Positions 37,169 to 47,543 of a DNA stretch of 64,000 bases are shown here, piece after piece (the first letter of the stretch is position 1; every line of letters begins with the position of its first letter). The position numbers were made by a program, and so were the translations under genes. Origin of the DNA: Sulfuricella sp. (GTDB lineage Bacteria > Pseudomonadota > Gammaproteobacteria > Burkholderiales > Sulfuricellaceae); contig JAQTLK010000004.1 in assembly GCA_028714955.1 (NCBI GenBank), positions 709 through 64,708 of the forward strand, read 5' to 3'. Under the pieces are notes generated by a model, which saw nothing but the letters and a program-made list of their open reading frames with translations, made no database searches and was not told the DNA's origin.

Positions 37169-37984
37169 ATGACCGACCGCTACGCCGTGATAGGCAATCC
37201 CATCGCCCACAGCAAATCTCCCCTGATCCATGCCGAATTTGCCCGCCAGACAGGCCAGGACCTAAACTATACTTCATTGCTTGCCCCGCTTGACGCTTTT
37301 GCCCGCTGCGTGCGCGAATTTCAGGCAGCCGGGGGCAAGGGGCTCAACGTCACCGTGCCGTTCAAGCAGGAAGCGTGGAAGCTGGCGACTCGCCTGACGC
37401 CGCGCGCGGAACTCGCACAAGCGGTGAACACGCTGAAATTCGAAGGAGAAGCCATCCTGGGCGACAACACCGATGGCGCTGGACTGGTGCGCGACATTAG
37501 CGCCAACCTGGGTTTTGCCATCCAGGGCAAACGGATTCTGCTGATGGGGGCGGGGGGAGCGGCGCGGGGGGTGATCCTGCCCTTGCTGGAGCAGCGCCCG
37601 GCGCTGTTTGCCATTGCCAACCGCACACCGGCCAGGGCGCACGAACTGGCGCGGCTGTTCCTGCCCCACGGTGAACTGTGCAGCGGCGATTATGCCAGTC
37701 TTGCCGGCCAACATTTCGACCTGGTCATCAATGCCACTTCCAGCAGCCTGCACGACGAACTGCCGCCCCTTCCGGACAAGGTGTTCGCGTCCGGCAGCCT
37801 GGCTTACGACATGATGTACGGCAAGGGCCTGACGCCGTTTCTGCAATTCGCCCAGACCAACGGCGCGGCGCAATTGGCGGACGGCCTGGGCATGCTGGTC
37901 GAGCAGGCGGCGGAGTCTTTCTTCCTGTGGCGCGGCGTGCGGCCGGATACCCGGCCCGTCATGGCCATGCTGAAGTCCTTATGA
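37169..37984 (+). CDS. aroE: Shikimate dehydrogenase
   Basis: GNPIAHSKSP, NVTVPFK, GDNTDG, GAGGAA, DGLGMLVEQAA. Confidence 0.97.
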   Translation: MTDRYAVIGNPIAHSKSPLIHAEFARQTGQDLNYTSLLAPLDAFARCVREFQAAGGKGLNVTVPFKQEAWKLATRLTPRAELAQAVNTLKFEGEAILGDNTDGAGLVRDISANLGFAIQGKRILLMGAGGAARGVILPLLEQRPALFAIANRTPARAHELARLFLPHGELCSGDYASLAGQHFDLVINATSSSLHDELPPLPDKVFASGSLAYDMMYGKGLTPFLQFAQTNGAAQLADGLGMLVEQAAESFFLWRGVRPDTRPVMAMLKSL

Positions 37985-38676
37985 AATTCCTGTGGCGCTG
38001 GCTCTGGCGCGGATTGCTGATTTGCCTGGGCGTGGTCGTGCTGTATCAGGCATGGATTTTTGCCCATATCTGGTGGTGGGTGGATCACAACCCTTCCACC
38101 AGCGCCTTCATGGACACGCGCCTGGCGGAAATGCAGGAAAAGAACCCGGGCGCCGAGTTGCGCCACAAATGGGTGCCCTACGACCGCATTTCGATGAATC
38201 TGAAGCGCGCCCTGATCGCTGCCGAGGATGCCAAATTCATCGACCACGAGGGCTTCGACTGGGACGGCATCCAGAAGGCCTACGAAAAAAACCTGAAAAA
38301 AGGCCGCATCGTCGCCGGCGGTTCCACCATCAGCCAGCAGCTGGCGAAGAACCTGTTTCTCTCGTCCCGCAAGGCTTTCTGGCGCAAGGGAGAAGAGGCG
38401 CTGATCACGCTGATGCTGGAGCGCATGATGACGAAGCGAAGGATCCTGGAGATTTACATGAATGTCATCGAATGGGGCAACGGCGTATTCGGTGCGGAAG
38501 CCGCCTCGCGCTATTATTACAAGACCAGCGCCGCCAGCCTGAGCGCGGAGCAGGCCGCAAAACTTGCGGCCATGGTGCCCAATCCACGCTACTACGACAG
38601 CCACCGCAACGCCAAGGGATTGATGCGGAAAAGCGCGATCATTCTCGCGCGCATGCCGGCGGCGGAAGTGCCTTAA
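37981..38676 (+). CDS. mtgA: Monofunctional peptidoglycan transglycosylase
   Basis: [40 protein letters not shown] 37981. Confidence 0.95.
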   Translation: MKFLWRWLWRGLLICLGVVVLYQAWIFAHIWWWVDHNPSTSAFMDTRLAEMQEKNPGAELRHKWVPYDRISMNLKRALIAAEDAKFIDHEGFDWDGIQKAYEKNLKKGRIVAGGSTISQQLAKNLFLSSRKAFWRKGEEALITLMLERMMTKRRILEIYMNVIEWGNGVFGAEAASRYYYKTSAASLSAEQAAKLAAMVPNPRYYDSHRNAKGLMRKSAIILARMPAAEVP

Positions 38677-39461
38677 GCAAACAGTCGCGCCAGTTCCACG
38701 CCGGGGTCCGGGGCGCGCATGAAGGCTTCGCCGACCAGGAAGGCGTTGACATTGTTCTGACGCATGCGTTGCACGTCCTCCGGCTTGAGAATGCCGCTCT
38801 CGGTAACCACGATGCGCTCTTGCGGCACGCTTGGCAGCAGTTCCAGCGTGGTTTCCAGCCGGGTTTCGAAAGTGCGCAGGTTGCGGTTGTTGATGCCGAT
38901 CAGCGGCGTCCTGAGCTGCAGCGCCAGTTCCAGTTCTGCCGCGTCGTGCGACTCGACCAGCACCGCCATGCCGAGTTCGTGGGCCACCGCTTCCAGTTCC
39001 TGCATGCGCGGCCGGTCCAGCGCCGCCACGATGAGCAGGATGCAGTCGGCACCCATGGTGCGGGCGCGACAGATCTGGTAGGGGTCGATCATGAAATCCT
39101 TGCGCAGCACCGGCAGGCTGCAGGCGGCGCGCGCCTCGATCAGGTCGCTCTTGCTGCCCTTGAAGAACTGGGTGTCGGTGAGCACGGACAGGCATGCCGC
39201 GCCGTGCTGTTCGTAGCTGCGGGCAATCGCGGCGGGGTCGAAGTTTTCCCGGATGATGCCGCGGGAAGGGCTGGCCTTCTTGATTTCGGCGATCACGGCG
39301 GATTTTCCCGCGGCAATCTTGCCGCGCATGGCGGCGATGAAGTCGCGCGTCGGCGGCATCGCTTCCGCCTCGGCGCGGATGGCCGCATAGGGCTTCTTTG
39401 CCACCGCGCGCGCCACTTCGGCTTCCTTGACCGCGATGATTTTGTTCAGAATGTCGGACAT
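38673..39461 (-). CDS. trpC: Indole-3-glycerol phosphate synthase
   Basis: [34 protein letters not shown]. Confidence 0.97.
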   Translation of the reverse strand: MSDILNKIIAVKEAEVARAVAKKPYAAIRAEAEAMPPTRDFIAAMRGKIAAGKSAVIAEIKKASPSRGIIRENFDPAAIARSYEQHGAACLSVLTDTQFFKGSKSDLIEARAACSLPVLRKDFMIDPYQICRARTMGADCILLIVAALDRPRMQELEAVAHELGMAVLVESHDAAELELALQLRTPLIGINNRNLRTFETRLETTLELLPSVPQERIVVTESGILKPEDVQRMRQNNVNAFLVGEAFMRAPDPGVELARLFA

Positions 39462-39464
39462 CGC

Positions 39465-40493
39465 TCAGGCTCTCTTGAAACGTTTGGAAACTTCCACCAG
39501 CTGGCGCAATTTTTCGCGCGCTGCGCCACTTTCTATGGCGGTGCGCGCCTGGGCTATCCCTTCGGCCAGTGTTGCTGCGCAGCCGGCCACGTAGATCGCC
39601 GCGCCGGCATTGAGCAGCACGATGTCGCGCGCCGGACCGGGCAGGTTGTCGAGCACGCCGAGCAGCATGTCCCTGGCCTGGGTTGCGTCCCATACTTTCA
39701 GCGCCTCCAGACTGCATGGTTCGAAGCCGAACTCGCGTGGCTGCAGGGTATATTCGCTGACTTCACCGTCCTTCAATTCGCCGATCAGGGTTTCGCCCGA
39801 CAGGGTGATTTCGTCCAGGCCATCGCTGCCGTGCACCACCATCACGTGGTGGCTGCCGAGGCGTTGCAGCACGCGGGCCTGGATGCCTACCAAATCGGGA
39901 TGGAACACGCCCATCACCTGGTTACTGGCCCCGGCTGGATTGGTGAGCGGGCCCAGCACGTTGAAAATCGTGCGCACGCCCAGCTCGCGCCGCACCGGTG
40001 CGGCGTACTTCATGGCGCCGTGGAAGTGGGGTGCGAACATGAAGCCGATGCCGATTTCGTCTATGCTCTGGCCAGCCTGTTCCGGGGAGAGGTCGAGGTT
40101 GACGCCCAGCGCTTCCAGCACGTCGGCCGAGCCGCAGGAGGAGGAGACCGAACGTCCGCCGTGCTTGGCCACGCGCGCGCCAGCAGCGGCAGCGACAAAG
40201 GCGGCGGCAGTGGAGATGTTGAAGGTGTGCGCCGCATCGCCGCCGGTGCCGCAGGTGTCGACCAGATGGTCGGTGCGGGTAACCGGCACCTTGGTGGCGA
40301 ACTCGCGCATCACTTGGGCGGCGGCGGAGATTTCCCCAACCGTTTCCTTCTTCACCCGCAGGCCCATCAGGATGGCTGCAATCTGCGCCGGGGTCACTTC
40401 CCCGCTCATGATCTGGCGCATCAGGGACAGCATCTCGTCGTGGAAAATCTCGCGCTGCTCGATCAGCCGGACAAGCGCCTCTTTTGGCGTCAT
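39465..40493 (-). CDS. trpD: Anthranilate phosphoribosyltransferase
   Basis: [42 protein letters not shown]. Confidence 0.97.
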   Translation of the reverse strand: MTPKEALVRLIEQREIFHDEMLSLMRQIMSGEVTPAQIAAILMGLRVKKETVGEISAAAQVMREFATKVPVTRTDHLVDTCGTGGDAAHTFNISTAAAFVAAAAGARVAKHGGRSVSSSCGSADVLEALGVNLDLSPEQAGQSIDEIGIGFMFAPHFHGAMKYAAPVRRELGVRTIFNVLGPLTNPAGASNQVMGVFHPDLVGIQARVLQRLGSHHVMVVHGSDGLDEITLSGETLIGELKDGEVSEYTLQPREFGFEPCSLEALKVWDATQARDMLLGVLDNLPGPARDIVLLNAGAAIYVAGCAATLAEGIAQARTAIESGAAREKLRQLVEVSKRFKRA

Positions 40494-41065
40494 CACGCGC
40501 ATTTCTCCTTGAGGAAATTGGCCAGCATCTGGTGCCCGTGCTCGGTCAGGATGGATTCCGGATGAAACTGCACGCCTTCCACCCGCAGGGTCTTGTGGCG
40601 CACCCCCATGATCTCTCCGTCATCGGTCCAGGCGGTGATTTCCAGGCAATCCGGCAGGCTTTCGCGCTCGATCACCAGCGAGTGGTAGCGCGTGGCGATG
40701 AAGGGGTTGGGCAGCCCCTTGAACACGCCCACGCCCTTGTGGTGAATCTGCGAAGTCTTGCCGTGCATGAGCTGCCTGGCGTGAACGATCTTGCCGCCAA
40801 ACGCCTGGCCGATGCTCTGGTGGCCGAGACACACCCCCAGCAGCGGCACCTTGCCGGCGAATTGCTGAATCAGCGGAACCGAAATACCGGCTTCGGCGGG
40901 CGTGCAGGGGCCGGGCGAAATCACGATGTGGTCCGGCTTGAGCGCCGCCACCTGTTCCACGGTGATTTCGTCGTTGCGGTACACCTGCACGTCTTCACCC
41001 AGCTCGCCGAAGTACTGCACCAGGTTGTAGGTGAAGGAGTCGTAGTTGTCGATCATCAGCAGCAT
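40493..41065 (-). CDS. trpG: Anthranilate/ADC synthase component II
   Basis: [29 protein letters not shown]. Confidence 0.95.
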   Translation of the reverse strand: MLLMIDNYDSFTYNLVQYFGELGEDVQVYRNDEITVEQVAALKPDHIVISPGPCTPAEAGISVPLIQQFAGKVPLLGVCLGHQSIGQAFGGKIVHARQLMHGKTSQIHHKGVGVFKGLPNPFIATRYHSLVIERESLPDCLEITAWTDDGEIMGVRHKTLRVEGVQFHPESILTEHGHQMLANFLKEKCA

Positions 41066-41394
41066 AATGCGTCTATCCTATTGTTCTGTATGGCTACCGT
41101 TCCAGATAATCCGACTTGATACCCGCTATTTCTTTTGAGACCCCCGCGCCGATGGTCTGGAACCGTTTGCACGATAGCCGCTATTGTCGCCTAGATCGGC
41201 CTCGCTATAAACCCTTCCCTTGCCGCTCAGTCACGGCGCTTGCACCAGAAACAGCACGCCCCGCCATCGCTACGCCGTGCCTATCAGAACCACGCCATCA
41301 TGCGGTAAAGTTGCGTCATGGCGAGCAATTCTACAATGGTTCAAGGTTCCACGCCCACGCCGCTATTGCTATCATGGCGGGCAAATGACAATTT

Positions 41395-41563
41395 AACCTC
41401 AGTTGACCGCTTACCATGAGGTATGGCGTTTTGGTTCTAAACAACTGTTGTCGCGATTTTACGCTCACCTGTTTGGTGAGGGCGCTACGGGCCGGATTGC
41501 ACGGTTTTTGCCCACCTCGCAAAAACCGCACACTCCAGCCCGTCCAACTGAGGTTTCTAGGTT
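41395..41563. mobile_element. MITE-like element, family C, copy 2
   Basis: 7 substitutions relative to copy 1 by manual alignment; left TIR lacks 8 bp, consistent with slippage between aac repeats. Confidence 0.85.
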
Positions 41564-41581
41564 AATTAAAGAGGGGACCGC

Positions 41582-43654
41582 GTGAACTCAAACAGCATGC
41601 GTATTATTGGCTGGCTGCTGGTTGCCATTCTTGGCGCCTCAGCCCTGGGCGGCATCGCCCTCAACCGCGGCGAGCCGGTCAACGCCATCTGGCTGATTAC
41701 CGCCGCCGCCTGCGTCTTCGCCCTGGCCTACCGCTTTTATGCGGCCTGGATTGCCGCCCGCGTGCTGGTGCTGGATGAAACGCGCGCCACGCCGGCCGAG
41801 CGTTTCGACGATGGGCACGACTTCATCCCCACCAACAGGTGGATCGTGTTCGGCCACCACTTCGCCGCCATCGCCGGGCCGGGCCCGCTGATTGGCCCGA
41901 CCCTGGCCGCACAGTTCGGCTACCTGCCCGGCACACTGTGGATTTTGATCGGCGCGGTGCTCGGCGGTTGCGTGCAGGACATGACCATCATGTTCTTTTC
42001 CATCCGGCGCAACGGCAAAAGCCTGGGCCAGATGGCACGCGACGAACTGGGACCCATTGGCGGCAACGCGGCGCTGGTCGGCACGCTGATGATCATGGTG
42101 ATCCTCATCGCCGTGCTCGGCCTGGTGGTGGTCAATGCCATGAAGCACAGCCCGTGGGCCACTTCCACCATCGCCTCCACCATCCCCATCGCGGTGCTGG
42201 TCGGCCTGTACATGCGCGACATCCGTCCCGGGCGGGTGCTGGAAGGCTCGGTGCTCGGCCTGGCGTTGTTGCTGTTGGCCGTGGCGGGCGGCGGCTGGAT
42301 CGACCATAATCCGAGCCTGCGCCCCCTGTTCGACCACGAGGGACTGCCCCTGGCCTGGGCGGTGATCGCCTACGGCTTTGCCGCCGCCATCCTGCCGGTA
42401 TGGCTGCTGCTCGCGCCGCGCGACTATCTCTCCACCTTCATGAAGCTGGGCACCATTCTTTTGCTGACCCTCGCCATCGTGGTGATGCGTCCGGAGATCA
42501 GGATGCCCGCCCTGACGCAGTTCATCGACGGCAGTGGACCGATTTTCGGCGGTCGCGTGTTCCCCTTCGTGTTCATCACCATCGCCTGCGGCGCGGTGTC
42601 CGGCTTTCACGCCCTGATCGCATCCGGCACCACGCCCAAGCTGCTGGCCAGCGAAAAGGATATCCGCATGATCGGCTACGGCGGCATGCTGCTCGAATCA
42701 TTCGTCGCCATCATGGCCATGATCGCCGCCAGCGTGCTCGACCCCGGGGTGTTCTTCGCCATCAACAGCCCGGCTGGCATTGTCGGCAAGGAAGCTGCGG
42801 ATGCGGTAGCCAGGATATCCTCCTGGGGTTACCCCGTCACGGTCGAGCAAATGGAAATGCTGGCACGGGAAATGGGTGAAAAGACCCTGTTCGCCCGCAC
42901 CGGCGGCGCGCCCTCGCTGGCCGTCGGCATGGCCAGCCTCTTCGGCAGCGCCTTCGGCCAGAATCTGCTGGCCATGTGGTACCACTTCGCCATCATGTTC
43001 GAGGCGGTATTCATCCTCACCACACTGGATGCCGGCACCCGCGTCGGACGCTTCATGCTGCAGGACTTCCTCGGCAACTTCTCGCCGCGTCTCGGCCAGA
43101 CCTCCTGGTACCCTTCCGTGATCCTCACTTCAGGCATCATCGTCGCGGCCTGGGGCTATTTCCTCTATATCGGCGTGATCGACCCCAACGGCGGCGTCAA
43201 CATCCTGTGGCCGCTGTTCGGTATCTCCAACCAGATGCTGGCGGCCATCGCCCTGTCGGTCTCCACCGGCATCCTGGTGAAGTCCGGCAAGCTGAAATAC
43301 GCCTGGATCAGCGCCGCCCCCCTCGCCTGGCTGGCCATCGTCACCAGCGCCGCGGCCTGGGTAAAAATCACCAGCCCCGACGTGCGCATCGGCTTCTTCG
43401 CCGCCGCCAGGGACCTCGCCGACAAGCTCGCAGCGGGTGATTTACCACCGGACAAAGCCGCTGTTGCGCCGCAACTCATCTTCAACCAGCAACTGGATGC
43501 CTGGCTCACCCTGTTTTTCGTCATCCTGCTGTGGATAATCATTTTCGACATGCTGCGCGTATGTGTCGGCCACCTCCAGGGCAAGGCCGTGCCGCCATTG
43601 ACCGAATCCCCCCACGAGCCGAGCCGGTTGGTGGAAAAATGGGTGCGCGACTGA
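41582..43654 (+). CDS. cstA: Carbon starvation protein A family transporter
   Basis: VFGHHFAAIAGPGPLIGP, FITIACGAVSGFHAL, LDAGTRVGRF, LWPLFGISNQMLA. Confidence 0.95.
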   Translation: MNSNSMRIIGWLLVAILGASALGGIALNRGEPVNAIWLITAAACVFALAYRFYAAWIAARVLVLDETRATPAERFDDGHDFIPTNRWIVFGHHFAAIAGPGPLIGPTLAAQFGYLPGTLWILIGAVLGGCVQDMTIMFFSIRRNGKSLGQMARDELGPIGGNAALVGTLMIMVILIAVLGLVVVNAMKHSPWATSTIASTIPIAVLVGLYMRDIRPGRVLEGSVLGLALLLLAVAGGGWIDHNPSLRPLFDHEGLPLAWAVIAYGFAAAILPVWLLLAPRDYLSTFMKLGTILLLTLAIVVMRPEIRMPALTQFIDGSGPIFGGRVFPFVFITIACGAVSGFHALIASGTTPKLLASEKDIRMIGYGGMLLESFVAIMAMIAASVLDPGVFFAINSPAGIVGKEAADAVARISSWGYPVTVEQMEMLAREMGEKTLFARTGGAPSLAVGMASLFGSAFGQNLLAMWYHFAIMFEAVFILTTLDAGTRVGRFMLQDFLGNFSPRLGQTSWYPSVILTSGIIVAAWGYFLYIGVIDPNGGVNILWPLFGISNQMLAAIALSVSTGILVKSGKLKYAWISAAPLAWLAIVTSAAAWVKITSPDVRIGFFAAARDLADKLAAGDLPPDKAAVAPQLIFNQQLDAWLTLFFVILLWIIIFDMLRVCVGHLQGKAVPPLTESPHEPSRLVEKWVRD

Positions 43655-43655
43655 A

Positions 43656-43826
43656 ATGTTGCGCAAGATATGGCGCACCATCCGGCGCTTGAGCGGCGAC
43701 GATGCTTATGAACGCTACCGCGCACACTACCGCACCGTCCACCCTGACGAGCCCGAGTTAAGCCGCAAGGCATTTTTCAAACGCGAGCAGGAACGCAAGT
43801 GGAATGGCGTGAGGCGTTGCTGCTGA
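43656..43826 (+). CDS. YbdD/YjiX-family small protein (56 aa), CstA-associated
   Basis: MLRKIWRTIRRLSGDDAYERYRAH...HPDEP...FFKREQERKWNGVRRCC; starts 1 nt after the cstA stop. Not in the ORF track. Confidence 0.88.
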   Translation: MLRKIWRTIRRLSGDDAYERYRAHYRTVHPDEPELSRKAFFKREQERKWNGVRRCC

Positions 43827-43899
43827 AGTGCTGGGCAGCAGGTTGACGGAATACCCGGTTTCAAAGGATAATCCGCAATTCGTTGAATCCGGCGATTTC

Positions 43900-43974
43900 G
43901 GGTGGTTAGCTCAGCGGTAGAGCACTGCCTTCACACGGCAGGGGTCACAGGTTCAAACCCTGTACCACCCACCA
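43900..43974 (+). tRNA. tRNA-Val (CAC)
   Basis: Cloverleaf, anticodon stem ctgcc-TTCACAC-ggcag, encoded CCA; upstream TTGACG-N18-GATAAT promoter. Confidence 0.96.
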
Positions 43975-43985
43975 AATAAACAGGC

Positions 43986-44013
43986 AGGCCACCTTTCGGG
44001 TGGCCTTGTTGTT
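43986..44013 (+). terminator. Terminator after tRNA-Val
   Basis: aggccacc-tttcg-ggtggcct followed by tgttgttt. Confidence 0.7.
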
Positions 44014-44067
44014 TCATGTGAAAAATGTGCGGAAACATCCGCAACGTCTACCCAAGCACGGGCTTTC

Positions 44068-45186
44068 TCAGGAAGTCGTGCGCAGCACGGCAAGCTGCGC
44101 CAGCAGCGCATCGGTTACCGGTCCCAGCTTGCGCCGCATGAGAGAGCCGACAGCCGTGGTGCGCACCAGGATTGGCGCCACGCTGAATTCGCCCGTCTCG
44201 GCCAGCACCAGGAGGGCGTGCAGCGCGGCACGATACTGCGGCGCGGCGGCAAGCAGCGCCCCCATCTCGTCATCCGGCGCGGCGAGGCGCTGTGCCGCCA
44301 CGGCCAGCGCTTCTTCCAGCTCGAGCTCCCGGTTCGCGTCCTGGCGCAGTACGCCGAAATAAGCGCCGATGGCGCGAAACAGGGCTCGCGCCACATCCTG
44401 GTCCGCGGGGCGGCGCATCACGTCTTCGCAAGCCGCCAGGAAACGCTTGCCGGATGGCGCGAGCACGCGAGCCAGTTGCCGCGCATAGGGGTTGTCTGCT
44501 GCCAGCAATGGCTCCAGCACGGAGCTGCCATGTTGCGGCATTTCTCGCGCGTCATTTTCTCCCGGCAGCGCATCCGGCACAGCCTCGAGAAACCCCACGT
44601 AGTATGTGTTGTCGCCCTTGGCCCGGCTCCACAGGCGCTGCACGGTCCGCGGATCGAGCAAGCCCGGTTGCAGCACGATGCGCACCGTGTCGATCACGGC
44701 ATGCGGGCTGGTTTCGAACGGCAGGTTTTCAACCAGGTACTCGGCCAGTAACGGCCCCATGGTTCCCTGCGACACTGCTGCCCGTTCCAGCATGCGCCGC
44801 GCATTGTCCCCGCTCTGCACGCACCACCAGGCGCGCCGCGCCAGCTCATCGGTGAGTTTGGGCGAATAGGCCACTGATACCACGGCCTCCTCATCACCCA
44901 GCAGCAGCAGCTTGTCAATGTTGTCTCCCAGGTTCTGGCCCATGCGGGTCCAGCGCTGGATGAACAGAGGATAGCCGCCGGGGGATCCCAGCGCGTGGCC
45001 GGACAGCATTTCCCGCACCAGCCGCAGATACTGCTCCTTGCGCCCGGTGGGATGCAGCGCGATGCGCGCCTCGCTGCGCCCTGTCAGGGCATGCAGGGTC
45101 AGGCTGTTTTCATCGATGCGCACCGCCTGCAATTCATGAGTAAGCAGGACATTGAGGCGCAGTGCGTCTTCGCTGGAGAGTTCCAT
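44068..45186 (-). CDS. dsrS: DsrS-like protein (372 aa)
   Basis: MELSSEDALRLNVLL...VRIDE...LGSPGGYP..IQRWTRMGQ...LTDELARRAWW...LVENLPFET matches my recollection of DsrS of rDsr sulfur oxidizers; needs an HMM check. Confidence 0.72.
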   Translation of the reverse strand: MELSSEDALRLNVLLTHELQAVRIDENSLTLHALTGRSEARIALHPTGRKEQYLRLVREMLSGHALGSPGGYPLFIQRWTRMGQNLGDNIDKLLLLGDEEAVVSVAYSPKLTDELARRAWWCVQSGDNARRMLERAAVSQGTMGPLLAEYLVENLPFETSPHAVIDTVRIVLQPGLLDPRTVQRLWSRAKGDNTYYVGFLEAVPDALPGENDAREMPQHGSSVLEPLLAADNPYARQLARVLAPSGKRFLAACEDVMRRPADQDVARALFRAIGAYFGVLRQDANRELELEEALAVAAQRLAAPDDEMGALLAAAPQYRAALHALLVLAETGEFSVAPILVRTTAVGSLMRRKLGPVTDALLAQLAVLRTTS

Positions 45187-45203
45187 TGAGTCTCGTAAAA
45201 AAC

Positions 45204-46457
45204 CTAGTTCAGCTGTATCCGTTGTCCCCACGGCACGGGGGCCTTGCCCTTCACCAGCCAGAGCGTGGGGTAGCTGGGCTCGATGGCGGGGAAATCGCCT
45301 TCCGCGTCGGTGAAATAGAGCAGCAGATCGGGCTGGCGTCCCTGGCGCGCAATCCAGTCGAACACTGGCACGAAGCTGGTGCCGCCGCCGCCCTTGATGT
45401 CCCTGGGCAGACGCAATTCATCCCATGGCTCGAACTCCCACGGCGCACCGTTGGACAAGGCAGTGTCGCAAGCCAGCAGCGTCACCCTGGCACGTAATTG
45501 GCCCTTGAGCGCATCCACTTCCGAGAGGAACTGGGCAAGCTCCTTTTCCCCCACCGAGCCGCTGGTATCGAGCGCCACGACCAGGTCGACCTGGCCGCTG
45601 CGCAACGAGGGGAAAATGACATCGCCCTCGCGGCGCGAGGGTCGCATGTAGCTGTAATCGTCGCGTGCCACCTGGGAAAGGTATCGCGCCAGCAGCATGC
45701 GCCACGGCAGTTGCGGCTGCAGAAGGTGCTCGACCAGGCGCGCCAGCGCACCGCCCATCTTGCCCGCCGCCATCGCCTGCTGCGCGGCGGCGGCCATGCG
45801 CTGCTGCCATTGGCGGCCAAGTTCGTCGCGTTCCCTGGCATTCAGGGGAGGCGGCGGCGAAGCGCTGCCCTGCCCGTCCTGCCGCTCCTGCTGCAGCCCG
45901 CTCCCGCCGCCCTCGGCATCCTCCTTTTGCTGCCTGCCGCCGCCTCCGTCGCCATCCTGTTGCGGCTCCTGATCGTTCTCGCCGCCCTGGCCGCCTTCGG
46001 ACTCCTCGCTGTCATAGAGGTGCTGATCCATGGTCTGGTCGGAGTTGTTGTCGCCGATGCAGGGGTAGATTTCTTCCGCCGTCATGCCCTCGAAGGCGTC
46101 CAGCAACAGCACGCCAGGGGGCGCCTTGAGGCCATCGGCCACGAGCAGGGGATTGATGGCATGATCGCAGGCCACATCCCAGCGGTGCCTGACGCGGTGC
46201 TGGCGGCGCGCGAAATGCGACAGGGCGCAATGCAGTGCCTCATGAGCCAGCACGAATTGGGTTTCTTCCAGCGTCAACGCGGCGATATAGGCAGGGTTGT
46301 AGTAAAACTTGCGCGCATCGGTGGCCGAGGTGGGGCACCATTTCTCGTTCGCCGCCACCATCGGCAGGCGCAGCGCCAGCGCGCCGAGAAACGGCTTGTC
46401 CAGAATCAGCCGGGTGCGGGCCGCCGCGAGTTTGGTTTCGATGGAAGTATCAAACAT
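45204..46457 (-). CDS. Metallopeptidase-like (HExxH) plus vWA domain protein (DUF2201-like)
   Basis: LAHEALHCAL, WDVACDHAIN, acidic Gly-rich linker, MIDAS ALDTSGS, GGGGTSFVPVF, LYFTDAEG. Confidence 0.85.
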   Translation of the reverse strand: MFDTSIETKLAAARTRLILDKPFLGALALRLPMVAANEKWCPTSATDARKFYYNPAYIAALTLEETQFVLAHEALHCALSHFARRQHRVRHRWDVACDHAINPLLVADGLKAPPGVLLLDAFEGMTAEEIYPCIGDNNSDQTMDQHLYDSEESEGGQGGENDQEPQQDGDGGGGRQQKEDAEGGGSGLQQERQDGQGSASPPPPLNARERDELGRQWQQRMAAAAQQAMAAGKMGGALARLVEHLLQPQLPWRMLLARYLSQVARDDYSYMRPSRREGDVIFPSLRSGQVDLVVALDTSGSVGEKELAQFLSEVDALKGQLRARVTLLACDTALSNGAPWEFEPWDELRLPRDIKGGGGTSFVPVFDWIARQGRQPDLLLYFTDAEGDFPAIEPSYPTLWLVKGKAPVPWGQRIQLN

Positions 46458-46481
46458 TGCATTCAGGTGCAAACAGCCGGA

Positions 46482-47528
46482 TCACATCTCATACAGCATG
46501 ATATCGGACACCGCGTTCGCCCAGCGCGAAAACTGCGGCACCTTGAACAGTTGCTGGCCGATGGCGCGATGCATGTCGGACACCAGCATGATGCCCATTT
46601 CGCGCAGCGGGAAACGCCCGGCGTAGTCGAGGATATGGCCATATGCCACCAGCGCGTCCGGGGCTCCCCTGGTGCGAATGGCCCTGCCGACCAGCGCGGC
46701 AGCCACGGCGTATTGGAGGTCAACCTCGTTGGGCACTTCGGCCGCCTCGCCACGCACGATGGCGTCGATATCCGGCATTTTGCCCAGGTTGTCCACGAAG
46801 GCGTGCAGCTCCAGACCGGCGGCGGGGCCGACGCAAGCCTGCAGCGCGCCGAGCAGCAATTCCGGCATGTCGCCGAACTTTTGCAAGGCGCGATGGGCGA
46901 ATTCCCAGGAACGGGGGGAAGGGAAGGCCACCGGGTTGTGGGCCGGATCGAAATCGAACAGCAACTCGGGACGGAAACGCAGGAACGCGATCAGGCGCTC
47001 GTCGATGGCATTGGCGTAGGCCCAGGCTACCCAGTCGTCGAGATTGGCGTCCACCTCGAAATGGGAGAAGCGGTTGGCCAGCGGTGCGGGCATGGTATAA
47101 GTCACGCCGCGATCGCCCTGGCGGTTGCCCGCGGCAAAGATCGCCCAGCCATCCGGTACCCGGTAATCGCCCAGGCGGCGATCGAGGATCAACTGGTATG
47201 CCGCAGCAGAAACGCTCGGTGGCGCCGAGGTGATCTCGTCCAGAAACAGCACCCCGACTGCTCCGTGTCGTTCGGCATCGGGCAACATCGCCGGCGCCGC
47301 CCACTCCACGAGGTCGCCGACGCGGAAAGGGATGCCGCGCAGGTCGGAGGGCTCCATCTGCGACAGGCGAATATCCACCACCGGCGCATCATGGTGTGCG
47401 GCAACCTGGGCAATGATCTCGGACTTGCCCACACCGGGCGGCCCCCACAGCATCACCGGCGTATGGTGGCCTTCGTGGACACTGGTAAATTCCCGATCAA
47501 GTATCGTCATCAATTGCGCGGGGCGCAT
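46482..47528 (-). CDS. MoxR-like AAA+ ATPase
   Basis: WGPPGVGKS, LFLDEIT, AAGNR, PLANRF, SPRSWE. Confidence 0.88.
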   Translation of the reverse strand: MRPAQLMTILDREFTSVHEGHHTPVMLWGPPGVGKSEIIAQVAAHHDAPVVDIRLSQMEPSDLRGIPFRVGDLVEWAAPAMLPDAERHGAVGVLFLDEITSAPPSVSAAAYQLILDRRLGDYRVPDGWAIFAAGNRQGDRGVTYTMPAPLANRFSHFEVDANLDDWVAWAYANAIDERLIAFLRFRPELLFDFDPAHNPVAFPSPRSWEFAHRALQKFGDMPELLLGALQACVGPAAGLELHAFVDNLGKMPDIDAIVRGEAAEVPNEVDLQYAVAAALVGRAIRTRGAPDALVAYGHILDYAGRFPLREMGIMLVSDMHRAIGQQLFKVPQFSRWANAVSDIMLYEM

Positions 47529-47543
47529 CAAAATTTTCCTGAA

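Noticed and set aside
37992-40565. 857-aa plus-strand ORF
   Set aside because: Out of frame with mtgA and antisense to trpC/trpD; no coherent motifs.
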